From an uncultured virus (IMG/VR IMGVR_UViG_3300020046_010987) (taxonomy: Duplodnaviria > Heunggongvirae > Uroviricota > Caudoviricetes), in the IMG/VR virus record IMGVR_UViG_3300020046_010987: a stretch of 64,000 nucleotides of DNA; one strand, given 5' to 3'. The translations under genes were made by a program, and so were the position numbers. Below the pieces are notes generated by a model. The model was not told the origin of the DNA. It was given only the letters and a program-made list of their open reading frames with translations, and did no database searches. Below, in pieces: positions 10,876-19,754 of the stretch. Each line of letters begins with the position of its first letter. Within the stretch, counting starts at the first letter, position 1.

Positions 10876-11246
10876 AGCACACGATGGTCACCGCATGGGT
10901 GCCGCGCATGTACGGCTGCGAAGTGCGTGACGTCCTCATCGGAACGTCCCGAATCCAAGTGCGGCGGTTGTCCCCTATCCGCACTGCCCGAGACAGCGTC
11001 CTACAAATCACAGACGGAAATGGAGATGCCGCTTCTTGGAATAGCATCCCGAAGCAGAGACGCCGCTACGTGCGACAGCTTTGCTTCCCCGACGACTACG
11101 GCATTGCCCGGCGACTTGCCCTGCGGTTGCTGTGCCAGGAAGCCGGGCCGTGTGAGACGCTCGAAATGGGGCGGGAGCTCGCAGACGACCACGCGCATGA
11201 CGCCGCGCGGGCAGGGGACCTGCGCCGCACATACGTGGTGCCATGA
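10872..11246 (+). CDS. MKH-family paralog 7
   Basis: MKHTMVTAW; ATGA overlap. Confidence 0.75.
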   Translation: MKHTMVTAWVPRMYGCEVRDVLIGTSRIQVRRLSPIRTARDSVLQITDGNGDAASWNSIPKQRRRYVRQLCFPDDYGIARRLALRLLCQEAGPCETLEMGRELADDHAHDAARAGDLRRTYVVP

Positions 11247-11593
11247 AGCACGCATTTGCAGGCCCCTGGAGGCAGTATTCAGTGGACGGGATTGAGCTCC
11301 GCAGCCTCCGTCGAGATACACAGCGCGGCCCTGGCGAGGTTCGACACATGGAGTGCGGCTCTGGCGCAGAACGAGGATACGCACGGATACAGTACTTTAC
11401 CGACTGTGTACAGCCCCACCTACGGCGAAAGGGCTACACAGCAAACTACCTACGCGGCGCGGCAAGAGTACCAACTTCAGCCCCCCTTGCGGCCGTTTGG
11501 GCCGCACGGACAGGAATCTCCTACCAAACCGCGTACACCCGCATCATGCGGGCTAAAGACAACGCGTACCGCGCCTGCAGGAGGCTGCCATGA
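11243..11593 (+). CDS. MKH-family paralog 8
   Basis: MKHAFAGPW; C-terminal WAARTGISYQTAYTRI is HTH-like. Confidence 0.75.
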   Translation: MKHAFAGPWRQYSVDGIELRSLRRDTQRGPGEVRHMECGSGAERGYARIQYFTDCVQPHLRRKGYTANYLRGAARVPTSAPLAAVWAARTGISYQTAYTRIMRAKDNAYRACRRLP

Positions 11594-11961
11594 AACATGC
11601 CTTTGTGGGTTCTTGGGGACAGACCGTCTTGGACGGTCTTGAGTGGCGCCGCCTTGACTCCGCACGGAGACAAGGAGAGGCACGACAAATGACCCGCGGC
11701 CCGCGGGCGGTGCGTAGCTACTCCGAACTGCGTTGCGTTGCTCTCGCGCCGGTCTTACCCCTGCAAAGATGCGCGTACACCCCCCATGGGCTCGCACAAC
11801 ACGACTACTCGGAAGACGTGCGGCCGCTCGCGGTCCGGTGGTCCGAGCTTCAGGATATCCCTTTCGCAACGACGTACGCTTACTTGATCGTAGCCCGTAA
11901 AAAGGGGCGTGACGCTGCGTGGGACTTCTCTCACCTCCTCCGGCACAATGAGCACCGATGA
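11590..11961 (+). CDS. MKH-family paralog 9
   Basis: MKHAFVGSW. Confidence 0.75.
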   Translation: MKHAFVGSWGQTVLDGLEWRRLDSARRQGEARQMTRGPRAVRSYSELRCVALAPVLPLQRCAYTPHGLAQHDYSEDVRPLAVRWSELQDIPFATTYAYLIVARKKGRDAAWDFSHLLRHNEHR

Positions 11962-12308
11962 AACACACCTTTGTAGGGCCGTGGTGTCCTACGCCTTCCC
12001 AGCAAACGGAGCAGCGATACGTCCACATGTCCGCGATAAACATGTGGGAAACACGGAGATACCCGTACGCTCGGCATGCGCGCTGGACTCCGGAGACGGT
12101 ATACGCGGGGAGCCTCGGCGCCTCCAGGGTCTGCTGTAGAAAGCTGGCTCCACGACGAATCCCGCGCATGAACATCGCGCTATGCTCTATCCATGCGCGC
12201 CTTGCGCAAAAGCAGCACAAGTCCGCAATAGAGCTCCTCGACAGCCTCAACGAGTTGCGCAGGATCGCGGTAGAGCACACCCGGGTTCACCCAGGAGTCT
12301 TTCGATGA
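11958..12308 (+). CDS. MKH-family paralog 10
   Basis: MKHTFVGPW. Confidence 0.75.
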   Translation: MKHTFVGPWCPTPSQQTEQRYVHMSAINMWETRRYPYARHARWTPETVYAGSLGASRVCCRKLAPRRIPRMNIALCSIHARLAQKQHKSAIELLDSLNELRRIAVEHTRVHPGVFR

Positions 12309-12682
12309 AGCATGTCTTGGTAGGCCCTTGGAAGATGTGCCTGACTCGAGAACGGGAGCAGCGCATGCTGGGCAGCCGTACGCGTGCGACTTCGCAAGGA
12401 ATACATGAGACACGAGAGTACAATCAGTTTAGGCATGCTCGGGATCTTCCGACGCACGGACACTGCGCGGCGGGCCAGCCCTTCTTCCGCAAGCGCAAAC
12501 ACCTTGCGCGAAAATCAGACAGCTCCGCGCTCATGCCGTATCTGCGGGCTGCGTCCGATACGCTGCACATTCGCTTTGCCATGCACAAAGACTGCTCCTT
12601 CAAGGATGCCTACGCAGCCATTGTGCGGTTTCAGCAGTGTGCGTACGAGAATGTGTTCAAGCAGCGGGCGTACTTCCGCTGA
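12305..12682 (+). CDS. MKH-family paralog 11
   Basis: MKHVLVGPW; an in-frame TGA lies 6 codons before the TGA that overlaps the next ATG. Confidence 0.75.
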   Translation: MKHVLVGPWKMCLTREREQRMLGSRTRATSQGIHETREYNQFRHARDLPTHGHCAAGQPFFRKRKHLARKSDSSALMPYLRAASDTLHIRFAMHKDCSFKDAYAAIVRFQQCAYENVFKQRAYFR

Positions 12683-12696
12683 AGAGAGGTATTCCG

Positions 12697-13056
12697 ATGA
12701 AGCACGCTTTCGTAGGGCCGTGGGCCTGGACAACTGGCGAGGTAAACCAACGGGTCTTTCGGGCACGACCAGGGCTCTGCGAAGCGCGTCACTACCCCGC
12801 ATATCGCCATGCGCAACATGTTCCGGTCCTCCGAGTTCAACCGGGAAGTCCGGGGCCGCGCAAACAGCCCAGCCCCCGACAGCGGATTCTGCGCGCTGTC
12901 AGCCTTCCGGAACTGTACGTGTTGTATAGCAATTGGCGGGGTATCTCCGAGACGGAGGCGGAAGCGCGCATCTTGCGATACCGCGTTGTTGCAGACGGCT
13001 CCGCATGGGACGCACGAAAGGTCCTGCGCTCCGAACCCAAGTTCGATCCGCGGTGA
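12697..13056 (+). CDS. MKH-family paralog 12
   Basis: MKHAFVGPW; TGA at 13054 aligns with GGA in the repeat copy. Confidence 0.75.
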   Translation: MKHAFVGPWAWTTGEVNQRVFRARPGLCEARHYPAYRHAQHVPVLRVQPGSPGPRKQPSPRQRILRAVSLPELYVLYSNWRGISETEAEARILRYRVVADGSAWDARKVLRSEPKFDPR

Positions 13057-13079
13057 CGCCGGAAGAAGAAGAGGTTTAG

Positions 13080-13192
13080 ATGAAGCATACGCGATTCACA
13101 AAGACGCTCCCCTGCCGGAAATACTCTATACGTTCCTCAGACGTCGCAGCGCAGCCGTCGCGCACGCTCTTGCCGAAAAGCAGGTGTTTTGA
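13080..13192 (+). pseudogene. Internally deleted MKH-family remnant (paralog 13)
   Basis: ATG AAG CAT ACG is joined out of frame to YAIHKDAPLPEILYTF..., which resembles the family C-terminal helix (FAMHKDCSF, YAQHKALSLPAVL). Confidence 0.6.
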
Positions 13193-13591
13193 TGAAGCAC
13201 ACGTTCGTATCCGGCTGGACGGGGCGCCGTCCTGGCGAGCAGCAGCGTCGCATTAGCTACGCGCATATTTACCCCGCAGAGATCCGAATACTTCCTGTGC
13301 GGCGGGAGGCTCGGGATCACTTCGAGCCTGAACTGCATCGGGGGGGAACTGTATGCTTCACGCCCTCTGTGTTCCAACCCGCGCGTCCGGGAGCTGGGAA
13401 GCCGCCCGTCCAGCCTCAGAGATCGCTACTGGGACCGCTACGGCTACGCGCAGACGTACCACACGGTGACTACCATGTTTTATAGCGCGGAGACCCGGGC
13501 TTACCTGTACGCACTAAGCTGCGCCGCGCTCCTGCGCCACAAACCCGAGTTTGATCCGCGGGGACGCCGGAAGAAGAAGAGGTTTCGATGA
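13192..13591 (+). pseudogene. Frameshifted MKH-family paralog 14
   Basis: The MKHTFVSGW frame stops at 13485. The +1 frame is open from the G7 tract (13340-13346), carries PSSL..RY and KPEFDPRGRRKKKRFR, and ends in the TGA overlapping the next ATG. Confidence 0.6.
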
Positions 13592-13956
13592 AGCATACGT
13601 TCGCGGGGCCGTGGGAGTGGTACGACATAGAAGGAGAACAACGCCGTGTGCGAGGCGGGACATACTTCTTAGAAGCCCGCACACTCCTGCAGTATCGCCA
13701 CGCTCGAGAGGGGTACTGGCCGATGTTCTGCCAATACACAGCGCGAACTCCTCACAGGAGAGAGAGCCCGCGACGACTCCCTTGGCTGTACAGTGGGCCT
13801 AGCAGCCTTACGTACCGGTACGCACAGCACAAAGCCCTGTCGCTTCCAGCTGTTCTTATAGTCTTCGACGCGATGCACGCCCGCACATATAGCGCCGCAA
13901 AAGGGTACGCCCGCTCAACCCTCACTGTACCATGCGGGGGGCAGCGCGAGGCCTGA
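13588..13956 (+). CDS. MKH-family paralog 15
   Basis: MKHTFAGPW, YRHAR. Confidence 0.75.
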   Translation: MKHTFAGPWEWYDIEGEQRRVRGGTYFLEARTLLQYRHAREGYWPMFCQYTARTPHRRESPRRLPWLYSGPSSLTYRYAQHKALSLPAVLIVFDAMHARTYSAAKGYARSTLTVPCGGQREA

Positions 13957-14562
13957 CCCGATGCGACGCTCTGGCTGCGCCGAGAGGCCGTACTTCTTGC
14001 ACGCCCACATGCCGACTTCCTGGAAGATCTTCTTGCCAGGGTCTGCGCTCTTGGCGGCTTTACCTACGCGCATGGCTTGTCGGTGAGCATGCACCCACTG
14101 CAAGTGCGGAAGCGTCTCACAGAGAAACGCCATACCAGCGCGCCCGGCTTCGATGATTTCATCGATCTTCACGTCGCCGGGCTTCTTGAGCGGGTTGCCG
14201 TCCGCGTCGTACAGGCCTTCGTGCTCGAGCCCCACATCGGTCGGATTCCAACCATGGCCGTGCCAGACGTAGGCGAGCGGGTCGTACGTGATGACGCACT
14301 TCCCGTGCCGCATCGCGGTCATGTGCGCGTTGATTTCGAGCGCTCGGGTGTGCCGAGCGAGCTCTTCGTCTCCCTTCGCGGCTGCGAGCTGGTATTTGGC
14401 GAGGCCGTACCAGCATGCGGTTTGGTGGAGGGTCACGCCGGTGACGGCGCGGATGTCGCGGATCACCATTTTGCCGCGAACGCGCTCGACAGCGCCGTCC
14501 TCGCCCTCAGGTTTCTGCTTCGACCGAAAGTCGCACAAGCGTGCGCGGAGATTTTCATCCAT
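13915..14562 (-). CDS. N-acetylmuramoyl-L-alanine amidase (Amidase_2-like; endolysin candidate)
   Basis: VTLHQTA...AH...VWHG..WN..DVGLEHEG...HAHRQ...KSADPG Zn-amidase pattern; start inferred from a leaderless -10 element. Confidence 0.7.
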   Translation of the reverse strand: MDENLRARLCDFRSKQKPEGEDGAVERVRGKMVIRDIRAVTGVTLHQTACWYGLAKYQLAAAKGDEELARHTRALEINAHMTAMRHGKCVITYDPLAYVWHGHGWNPTDVGLEHEGLYDADGNPLKKPGDVKIDEIIEAGRAGMAFLCETLPHLQWVHAHRQAMRVGKAAKSADPGKKIFQEVGMWACKKYGLSAQPERRIGSGLALPPAWYSEG

Positions 14563-14694
14563 CTGCAAATCGTACCTCGCGCACGCCTCGTTGGAACCCC
14601 CTCACCCGCTTTCCCGCGTAAATCCCAGGGTTTACGTCTCCGGTAGCGCCCCCCTGGGCCCTTCGGTTACCCTACTCGATACCCCTCTACCTCC

Positions 14695-15720
14695 ATGAAA
14701 CACTCCCCCTGCAGATACCCCATCGATCGAGACATGGCTGCGGAGTTTCTCCGCTTCCTCGACCCGGAAGACCGCGGCTCCGTGTTCCTCTGGCTCAACG
14801 CAGATCCCTCCGCGCCCCGCCTGCGCTGGCAGATGTTCCTCCGCCGTGACGAATACCTCGCACGGCTGCCGCAGCTCCACCACCAGCACTTCCAGCCCTT
14901 CGTCAGCGTGAACTCCCCGGGCGTTCCGAAGTCGACGCGCCGCAACGAGGACATGAAGGTCTTCCGCGCGTACTGCCTCGATTTCGACGGAGGGCCGTCG
15001 AAGCGGCCCGCCGAAATCTACCCGCCCGACATGCGTATCCAGACGAAGAACGGCGAGCACTGGTACTGGCAGGCCATCTGCGGGCAGACGCAGCCGCACC
15101 CCGAAACGTGGCGCCTGCAGATGGACGTGCTGGCGCTCGAGTTCGGCGGAGATCCCCAGGTCTGTGACCCCGCGCGCGTCATGCGCATGCCCGGCGCTTG
15201 CCACCTCAAGGACATCAACAACCCCTTCCCGGTCACGATCCTCGAGCACCGCGTGCCGCCTGCGCATTTCACCGACCGCGGAGATCTCATCCTCACCGCG
15301 CACGGCATCGACATGCGGCCCTACTACGAGAACCCGCCGCGAGCGCGCGCGAAGGCCGCTGCCAGTTGGTCAGGCGGCACCCAGTGGCCCGAGCACGTCA
15401 TCGACTTCTTCCAGAAGCTCCGCCGCGTCGGCGTGAAGTACGAGCCGAACGGCAACCAGGTCGGCGAATGGATCGCCCGCTGCCCGCTGCGCGACCACAA
15501 GAGCGCCCGCGCCGTCATCAAGCTGCGCGACAACGGCGAGATCTTCGTGTTCTGCCAGGCTGCCGGCAAACACGGTTGCACCAGCGACGAAATCCTCAGC
15601 GCCTGGCACATGGGCTGGGGCGAACGCCTTCCCCCCGGCTGGAAGTCGCAGTACGAGCTCAACCGCGGCTGGGAAACCCCGCGCGCCGCCGAAGACACCG
15701 CACACGTACGAGAGAAGTGA
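14695..15720 (+). CDS. RepB-like archaeo-eukaryotic primase with a C-terminal Zn-binding module
   Basis: CLDFDG, QTKNGEHWYW, DPQVCDPARVMRMPG; C-terminal CP..DH...FC....GC. Confidence 0.7.
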   Translation: MKHSPCRYPIDRDMAAEFLRFLDPEDRGSVFLWLNADPSAPRLRWQMFLRRDEYLARLPQLHHQHFQPFVSVNSPGVPKSTRRNEDMKVFRAYCLDFDGGPSKRPAEIYPPDMRIQTKNGEHWYWQAICGQTQPHPETWRLQMDVLALEFGGDPQVCDPARVMRMPGACHLKDINNPFPVTILEHRVPPAHFTDRGDLILTAHGIDMRPYYENPPRARAKAAASWSGGTQWPEHVIDFFQKLRRVGVKYEPNGNQVGEWIARCPLRDHKSARAVIKLRDNGEIFVFCQAAGKHGCTSDEILSAWHMGWGERLPPGWKSQYELNRGWETPRAAEDTAHVREK

Positions 15721-15781
15721 TGCGTCACTTCTCCGAAGAATCCCCAGGTCCTGCACCTCTTTCCGTCGAAAGTACGCCGAA

Positions 15782-18700
15782 ATGCTCGCCCCTGATTTCG
15801 CGCTGATCACAGCGTTTCTCGCAGAGGTCGACTCCTCGAAGAAGACCTGGCATTTCCGGCTCGTCGTCGAGCGGTCGGGCGAGGAGCGCTACGGCGCGCA
15901 CGAGGCTTTCAAGGACCTGCGCGTCGAGCAACTGCGCGGCATCCTCGAAATCAAACAGCTCGAGGGACACGGCGTCTTCGTCGAGGCGGCACGCGGCAAG
16001 TACGTGCGGCTCCCCGGAACGCATGACGTGCGCGGCAAGGACGTGCGCGCGAACATGGTGTCGCTCGACCAGGCCCGCGGCGTGCTCTCCCGTCTTCGCG
16101 CAGGCGGGGACGGCGACGAGCTCGCAGAACCCGCACTGCATGGCGGAGGGGGCAGCAGCTCTCTCGATCCCGCCGACGCGAAGAAGGGCGTCTCGGACGC
16201 GCACCTGAACAAGTTGCGCGCACGGGGGCTGACCGAAGCCACCATCGAATCCGCCGGCATCTACACGATCTCGGCGAAGAAGACGATCGCAGAGCGCCTG
16301 AGTCGTCCGCGGTGGAACCACGGCTCCGTCTGCTGCTTCCCGCACCCAGGCTGTGGTTCGACGGACCTGCAGACGGCGCCATTCCGGGCGTTGTCCGACA
16401 CACGAGTCCCCGTCACGCAGCACCTGTCCGTCGACGCCGTATGGAGCGCCGAAACGACGGGAGAGCCCTACCTGCTCCCGAAGACGCTCGAGGATGGCGC
16501 CTACGATGATGACGGCGATCTCTACATCGTTCTCGACGAGATCGACGCACTCTATCTCTCGCAGCACTACTCGAAGGTCGTCGGCAGCGAGAATGTCGAC
16601 GCGTTCTTCGACACCAACTACCGCATGGACACCGGCGGCGATGAACGACTGCGCACCTGCTTCACCGACAACGTCCCTCTGCAAGACGTGAACGTCACGA
16701 TCTTCTGCTACCCGAAGATCGCAGGCAAGAAGCGACACGAGGCCTACAAGCTCGGCGCGATGCTCGCCGACCTGGGCGCCTGCCGCATCGCGTTCGTCGA
16801 GCTCAAGGCCGCGCTTCCGAGCGTCGTCACCGATCAGGCCTCGCTCGACCGCACCGTGCTCACCGCGCGGGTGCCGAATCCGAACGAACTCCGCACCGCG
16901 GCGCTCACGTTGCAAGACATCCTCGGCACCGACATGCCTGCGACCGACCTGCACCTGCTCATTCCCAAGGACTACGAGGTCAAGCCCACGGGCGAGCTCA
17001 TCCAGTACACGACGACGCAGACGGCGCAGGGCGCTTTCCAAAACGCTCAGCGCATCTCCCTCGCGCCGTTCTTCATCACCCGCATCCACCGCGAGTTCGA
17101 GTCCCGCAAAGAGAAGTGCGAAATCGCGTACAAGCAGGGGACGACCTGGGTCACACGCGTCGTCCCTTCTGAGCAGGTCTTCCGTCGAAATCAGATCGTG
17201 GGACTGAGCGAGTTCGGCGTGCCCGTGTCGGACAAGAACGCCGCGGCTGCGGTGAGCTGGTTCCACGACTTCCGGGAACTCAACGACCTCGAACAGCGCT
17301 TCACGGTGATCGACAACTTCGTGCGCACGGGCTGGCACGCGAAGGAAGACGGCACGCCGTTCTACGCGTGCCCCGGAGTACCAGGCCTGTCGTTCGACAC
17401 ACAGAACGGGCACGCCGCGCAGTTCAAGGCTCGAGACTCGAAGGCGGGCACGCTCGAGGAGCAGCTCTCGATCCTCTCCGAGGTCATGCAGAGCTACGAC
17501 GCAGGGCTGCTCGCCATTCTCACCTCAGCGGGGTCGATGCTTCTGGGTCGCGTGAAGGCCGCGACGAACGTCTGGCTGCACACCTACGGCCAGACCACGT
17601 CTGGCAAGTCCCTCTTCCTCGCGATCGCTAGCAGCCTGCACGGGCATCCGAAGGAGCTGATGCTCAAAGGCGATGCGACGGCTGCGGGCTTCGAACAGGC
17701 GCTCGGCACCTTCAGCGGTACGATCATCCCCATCGACGAGACGACACTGATCAATCCCGAAGACGTGCCCCCGCGTGTCTACATGGCCTACGACGGCGTC
17801 GGAAAAACCCGCGCGACGCGCACCGGCGGAGCTCGCGAGCCGAAGAAGTGGAACAACGGCGTGCTGTCGACCGGCGAGAAGCCCATCACCGATGACAACT
17901 CGCAGAACGGCGTTCAGGTCCGCGTCCTCAACGTGCAATGCGAAGAGCTCTCACCGAGCTACATCCCGCAGATGTACGACCGCATCGTGGCCAACCACGG
18001 GAACATGATCGTCCCGATGAAGGCCATGCTCGATGCGTGCGACTTCGACGCGCTCGACGCGACCTACGCCGACATCCTCCGCCGCTTCATCGCACGCTGC
18101 ACCGCGCTGAACATCAACGCGCGCGTCGCCAACAACCTCGCAACGCTCACGCTCGGCGGCTGGGCTCTCAAGCGCTGCTTCGGCGACAAGATCTATCTCC
18201 CTGCGAATCTGGAAGACAAGCTCATCGAAATCCTCACCGGCGATCGCTTCGCGCGTGCCGACGTCCGGCACGAGCACGAGCGCGCGCTCGAGGCCCTGCA
18301 GAGCTACATCTTCACGAACCCGGGCACCGTGCTGGGCATCTCCGACGACGTGAAGGAACGGAGCAAGGTCGTCGCACGTGAGCGCGTGGACAAGAACCTT
18401 GCGTTCACGTCTGCGTGGCTCAGCAAGTTCCTCAAGAGCGAGGGCTTCAACCCACGGTCCGTGCGGGCAGCCTGGGCCAAGCGCCACTACGTGCTGAAGG
18501 CCTCCGAAGGTCGAACCGACACCGTCTGCAGCTTCGAAGGCGTCGTCGGCCGCTACGTGATCCTCGACGGGCGGCTGTTCACGGACAACAGCACCACCCT
18601 TTCGGTCGAGCCCCCCGGCGGTGGCGGGGGTGGAGACGACGGAGGAGGAGGCAGCGGTCCGCCGTCTGGAGGGGGCGAGGGGCCCAAGAAGACAGGCCGC

Positions 18701-18835
18701 GGGGTCGTCCGGGACCTGCCCAAGACCCCCAAGGTTCCGATCGCGGCGAAGGCTGTGTCGGAAACCGCCATACCCGATCCCACATCGCTGTACAAGTTCC
18801 CCGACCTGAATCCCACAGAAGTCTACGAAGTCTGA
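15782..18835 (+). CDS. Replicative helicase, DUF927/Cch-like P-loop ATPase with a degenerate primase-like N-terminus
   Basis: RTGWH; Walker A GQTTSGKS; Walker B IPIDE; G.GK.R..R.G...W...LSTGE; N-terminal LRARGLTEATI. Confidence 0.75.
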   Translation: MLAPDFALITAFLAEVDSSKKTWHFRLVVERSGEERYGAHEAFKDLRVEQLRGILEIKQLEGHGVFVEAARGKYVRLPGTHDVRGKDVRANMVSLDQARGVLSRLRAGGDGDELAEPALHGGGGSSSLDPADAKKGVSDAHLNKLRARGLTEATIESAGIYTISAKKTIAERLSRPRWNHGSVCCFPHPGCGSTDLQTAPFRALSDTRVPVTQHLSVDAVWSAETTGEPYLLPKTLEDGAYDDDGDLYIVLDEIDALYLSQHYSKVVGSENVDAFFDTNYRMDTGGDERLRTCFTDNVPLQDVNVTIFCYPKIAGKKRHEAYKLGAMLADLGACRIAFVELKAALPSVVTDQASLDRTVLTARVPNPNELRTAALTLQDILGTDMPATDLHLLIPKDYEVKPTGELIQYTTTQTAQGAFQNAQRISLAPFFITRIHREFESRKEKCEIAYKQGTTWVTRVVPSEQVFRRNQIVGLSEFGVPVSDKNAAAAVSWFHDFRELNDLEQRFTVIDNFVRTGWHAKEDGTPFYACPGVPGLSFDTQNGHAAQFKARDSKAGTLEEQLSILSEVMQSYDAGLLAILTSAGSMLLGRVKAATNVWLHTYGQTTSGKSLFLAIASSLHGHPKELMLKGDATAAGFEQALGTFSGTIIPIDETTLINPEDVPPRVYMAYDGVGKTRATRTGGAREPKKWNNGVLSTGEKPITDDNSQNGVQVRVLNVQCEELSPSYIPQMYDRIVANHGNMIVPMKAMLDACDFDALDATYADILRRFIARCTALNINARVANNLATLTLGGWALKRCFGDKIYLPANLEDKLIEILTGDRFARADVRHEHERALEALQSYIFTNPGTVLGISDDVKERSKVVARERVDKNLAFTSAWLSKFLKSEGFNPRSVRAAWAKRHYVLKASEGRTDTVCSFEGVVGRYVILDGRLFTDNSTTLSVEPPGGGGGGDDGGGGSGPPSGGGEGPKKTGRGVVRDLPKTPKVPIAAKAVSETAIPDPTSLYKFPDLNPTEVYEV

Positions 18836-18989
18836 CACGTAGGGACAGGTACGACAAGATACGTGCACGGAGTCGGTGCGTCGCAACATCTCAGGCGGAG
18901 CCTGTGGTGATAAGCGTACACGCACCTACTTTTTAGCCCGCGGCGGGGGCCTCGTACGAGCTCGAAGTCTGCAGTCCTCGAGAGCTCAC

Positions 18990-19580
18990 CCTGCTCCTAC
19001 AAGTTCGGTTAGCCGGAATCCGGTAAGCCGCGAATACCCCTTGTTTTCAGGCAGTATCTCGCGGCTAACCGAACTAACCGGTTTTCCGCGCGGACTCTCG
19101 TCGCGGGGCGAATACCCCATTTTCCCGCGAAAAGCGCCATTTCGACCTCGCACCACTCCGTGTGGTTATCGAAACGCCCTGGTTAGGCCCTCGGTAATCG
19201 CGTTTTCCCCTTGAAAACAAGGCGATTCTCTGAGGCTAACCGAACTTACCGAATTTCACCGAACACAGGGGTGTATAGGAGCAGGGGGAGAGACTGGGAG
19301 AGTGGGAGGAGGGGATGTAGGCATAGGTAAGTGTAAGAGTTACCTGTGAGAAAAAGTAAGGGTGTATAGGAGAGAGGGGACAGGGGGAGTACAGGGGTGT
19401 GGGAGGAGTAGTGGGGGTTGCGTGTGAAGGTGTTTGGTTAGACCGGTTGAGTGGTTATATATATGAGTGTTTCTCTGAAAACACACATATATATAGGGGC
19501 CTTTTCGGTCGGAAGCGCTTACCAAATCCCTAACCAGACCCCTAACCAAACTCCTCCCGCAACCACTTCGGTTGTCGGAG
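18990..19580. promoter_or_regulatory. Putative replication origin
   Basis: Non-coding region downstream of the helicase. It holds many CTAACC/CTTACC iterons in both orientations, an 18-bp direct repeat (19063, 19234), an 11-bp inverted repeat (19039, 19212), a G-skewed tract and an AT-rich hairpin. Confidence 0.6.
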
Positions 19581-19754
19581 CTTTTGAGCCGCCCTGGCTG
19601 CGGCAGCCCACACTCCTGCCAGTGGGGTTCCAGGGGCGATTCGGGCGCCCTGCAGCCCTCAGGCGGCCCGCAGCGCTCCTTGCGCGCTGCACGGGCCTGC
19701 GCAGGCGCTCTGCGCCCGCCTGACGCCTCTCAGCCGCTGCGCTACGCTAGGGCC

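Larger units (their letters stand above)
13034..13599 (+). repeat. 58-bp direct repeat (13034-13091 and 13542-13599, 4 mismatches) spanning MKH gene junctions
   Basis: AACCC(A/G)AGTT(C/T)GATCCGCGG(T/G)GACGCCGGAAGAAGAAGAGGTTT(A/C)GATGAAGCATACG. Confidence 0.9.

Noticed and set aside
7793..13956. CRISPR array or diversity-generating retroelement as the explanation for the MKH repeats
   Set aside because: Spacing is about 370 bp, the repeats are degenerate and coding, and no reverse transcriptase, TR/VR pair or cas gene is in the window
9409..13956. Integron cassette array
   Set aside because: Genes overlap by 4 nt, leaving no room for attC hairpins; no integrase seen
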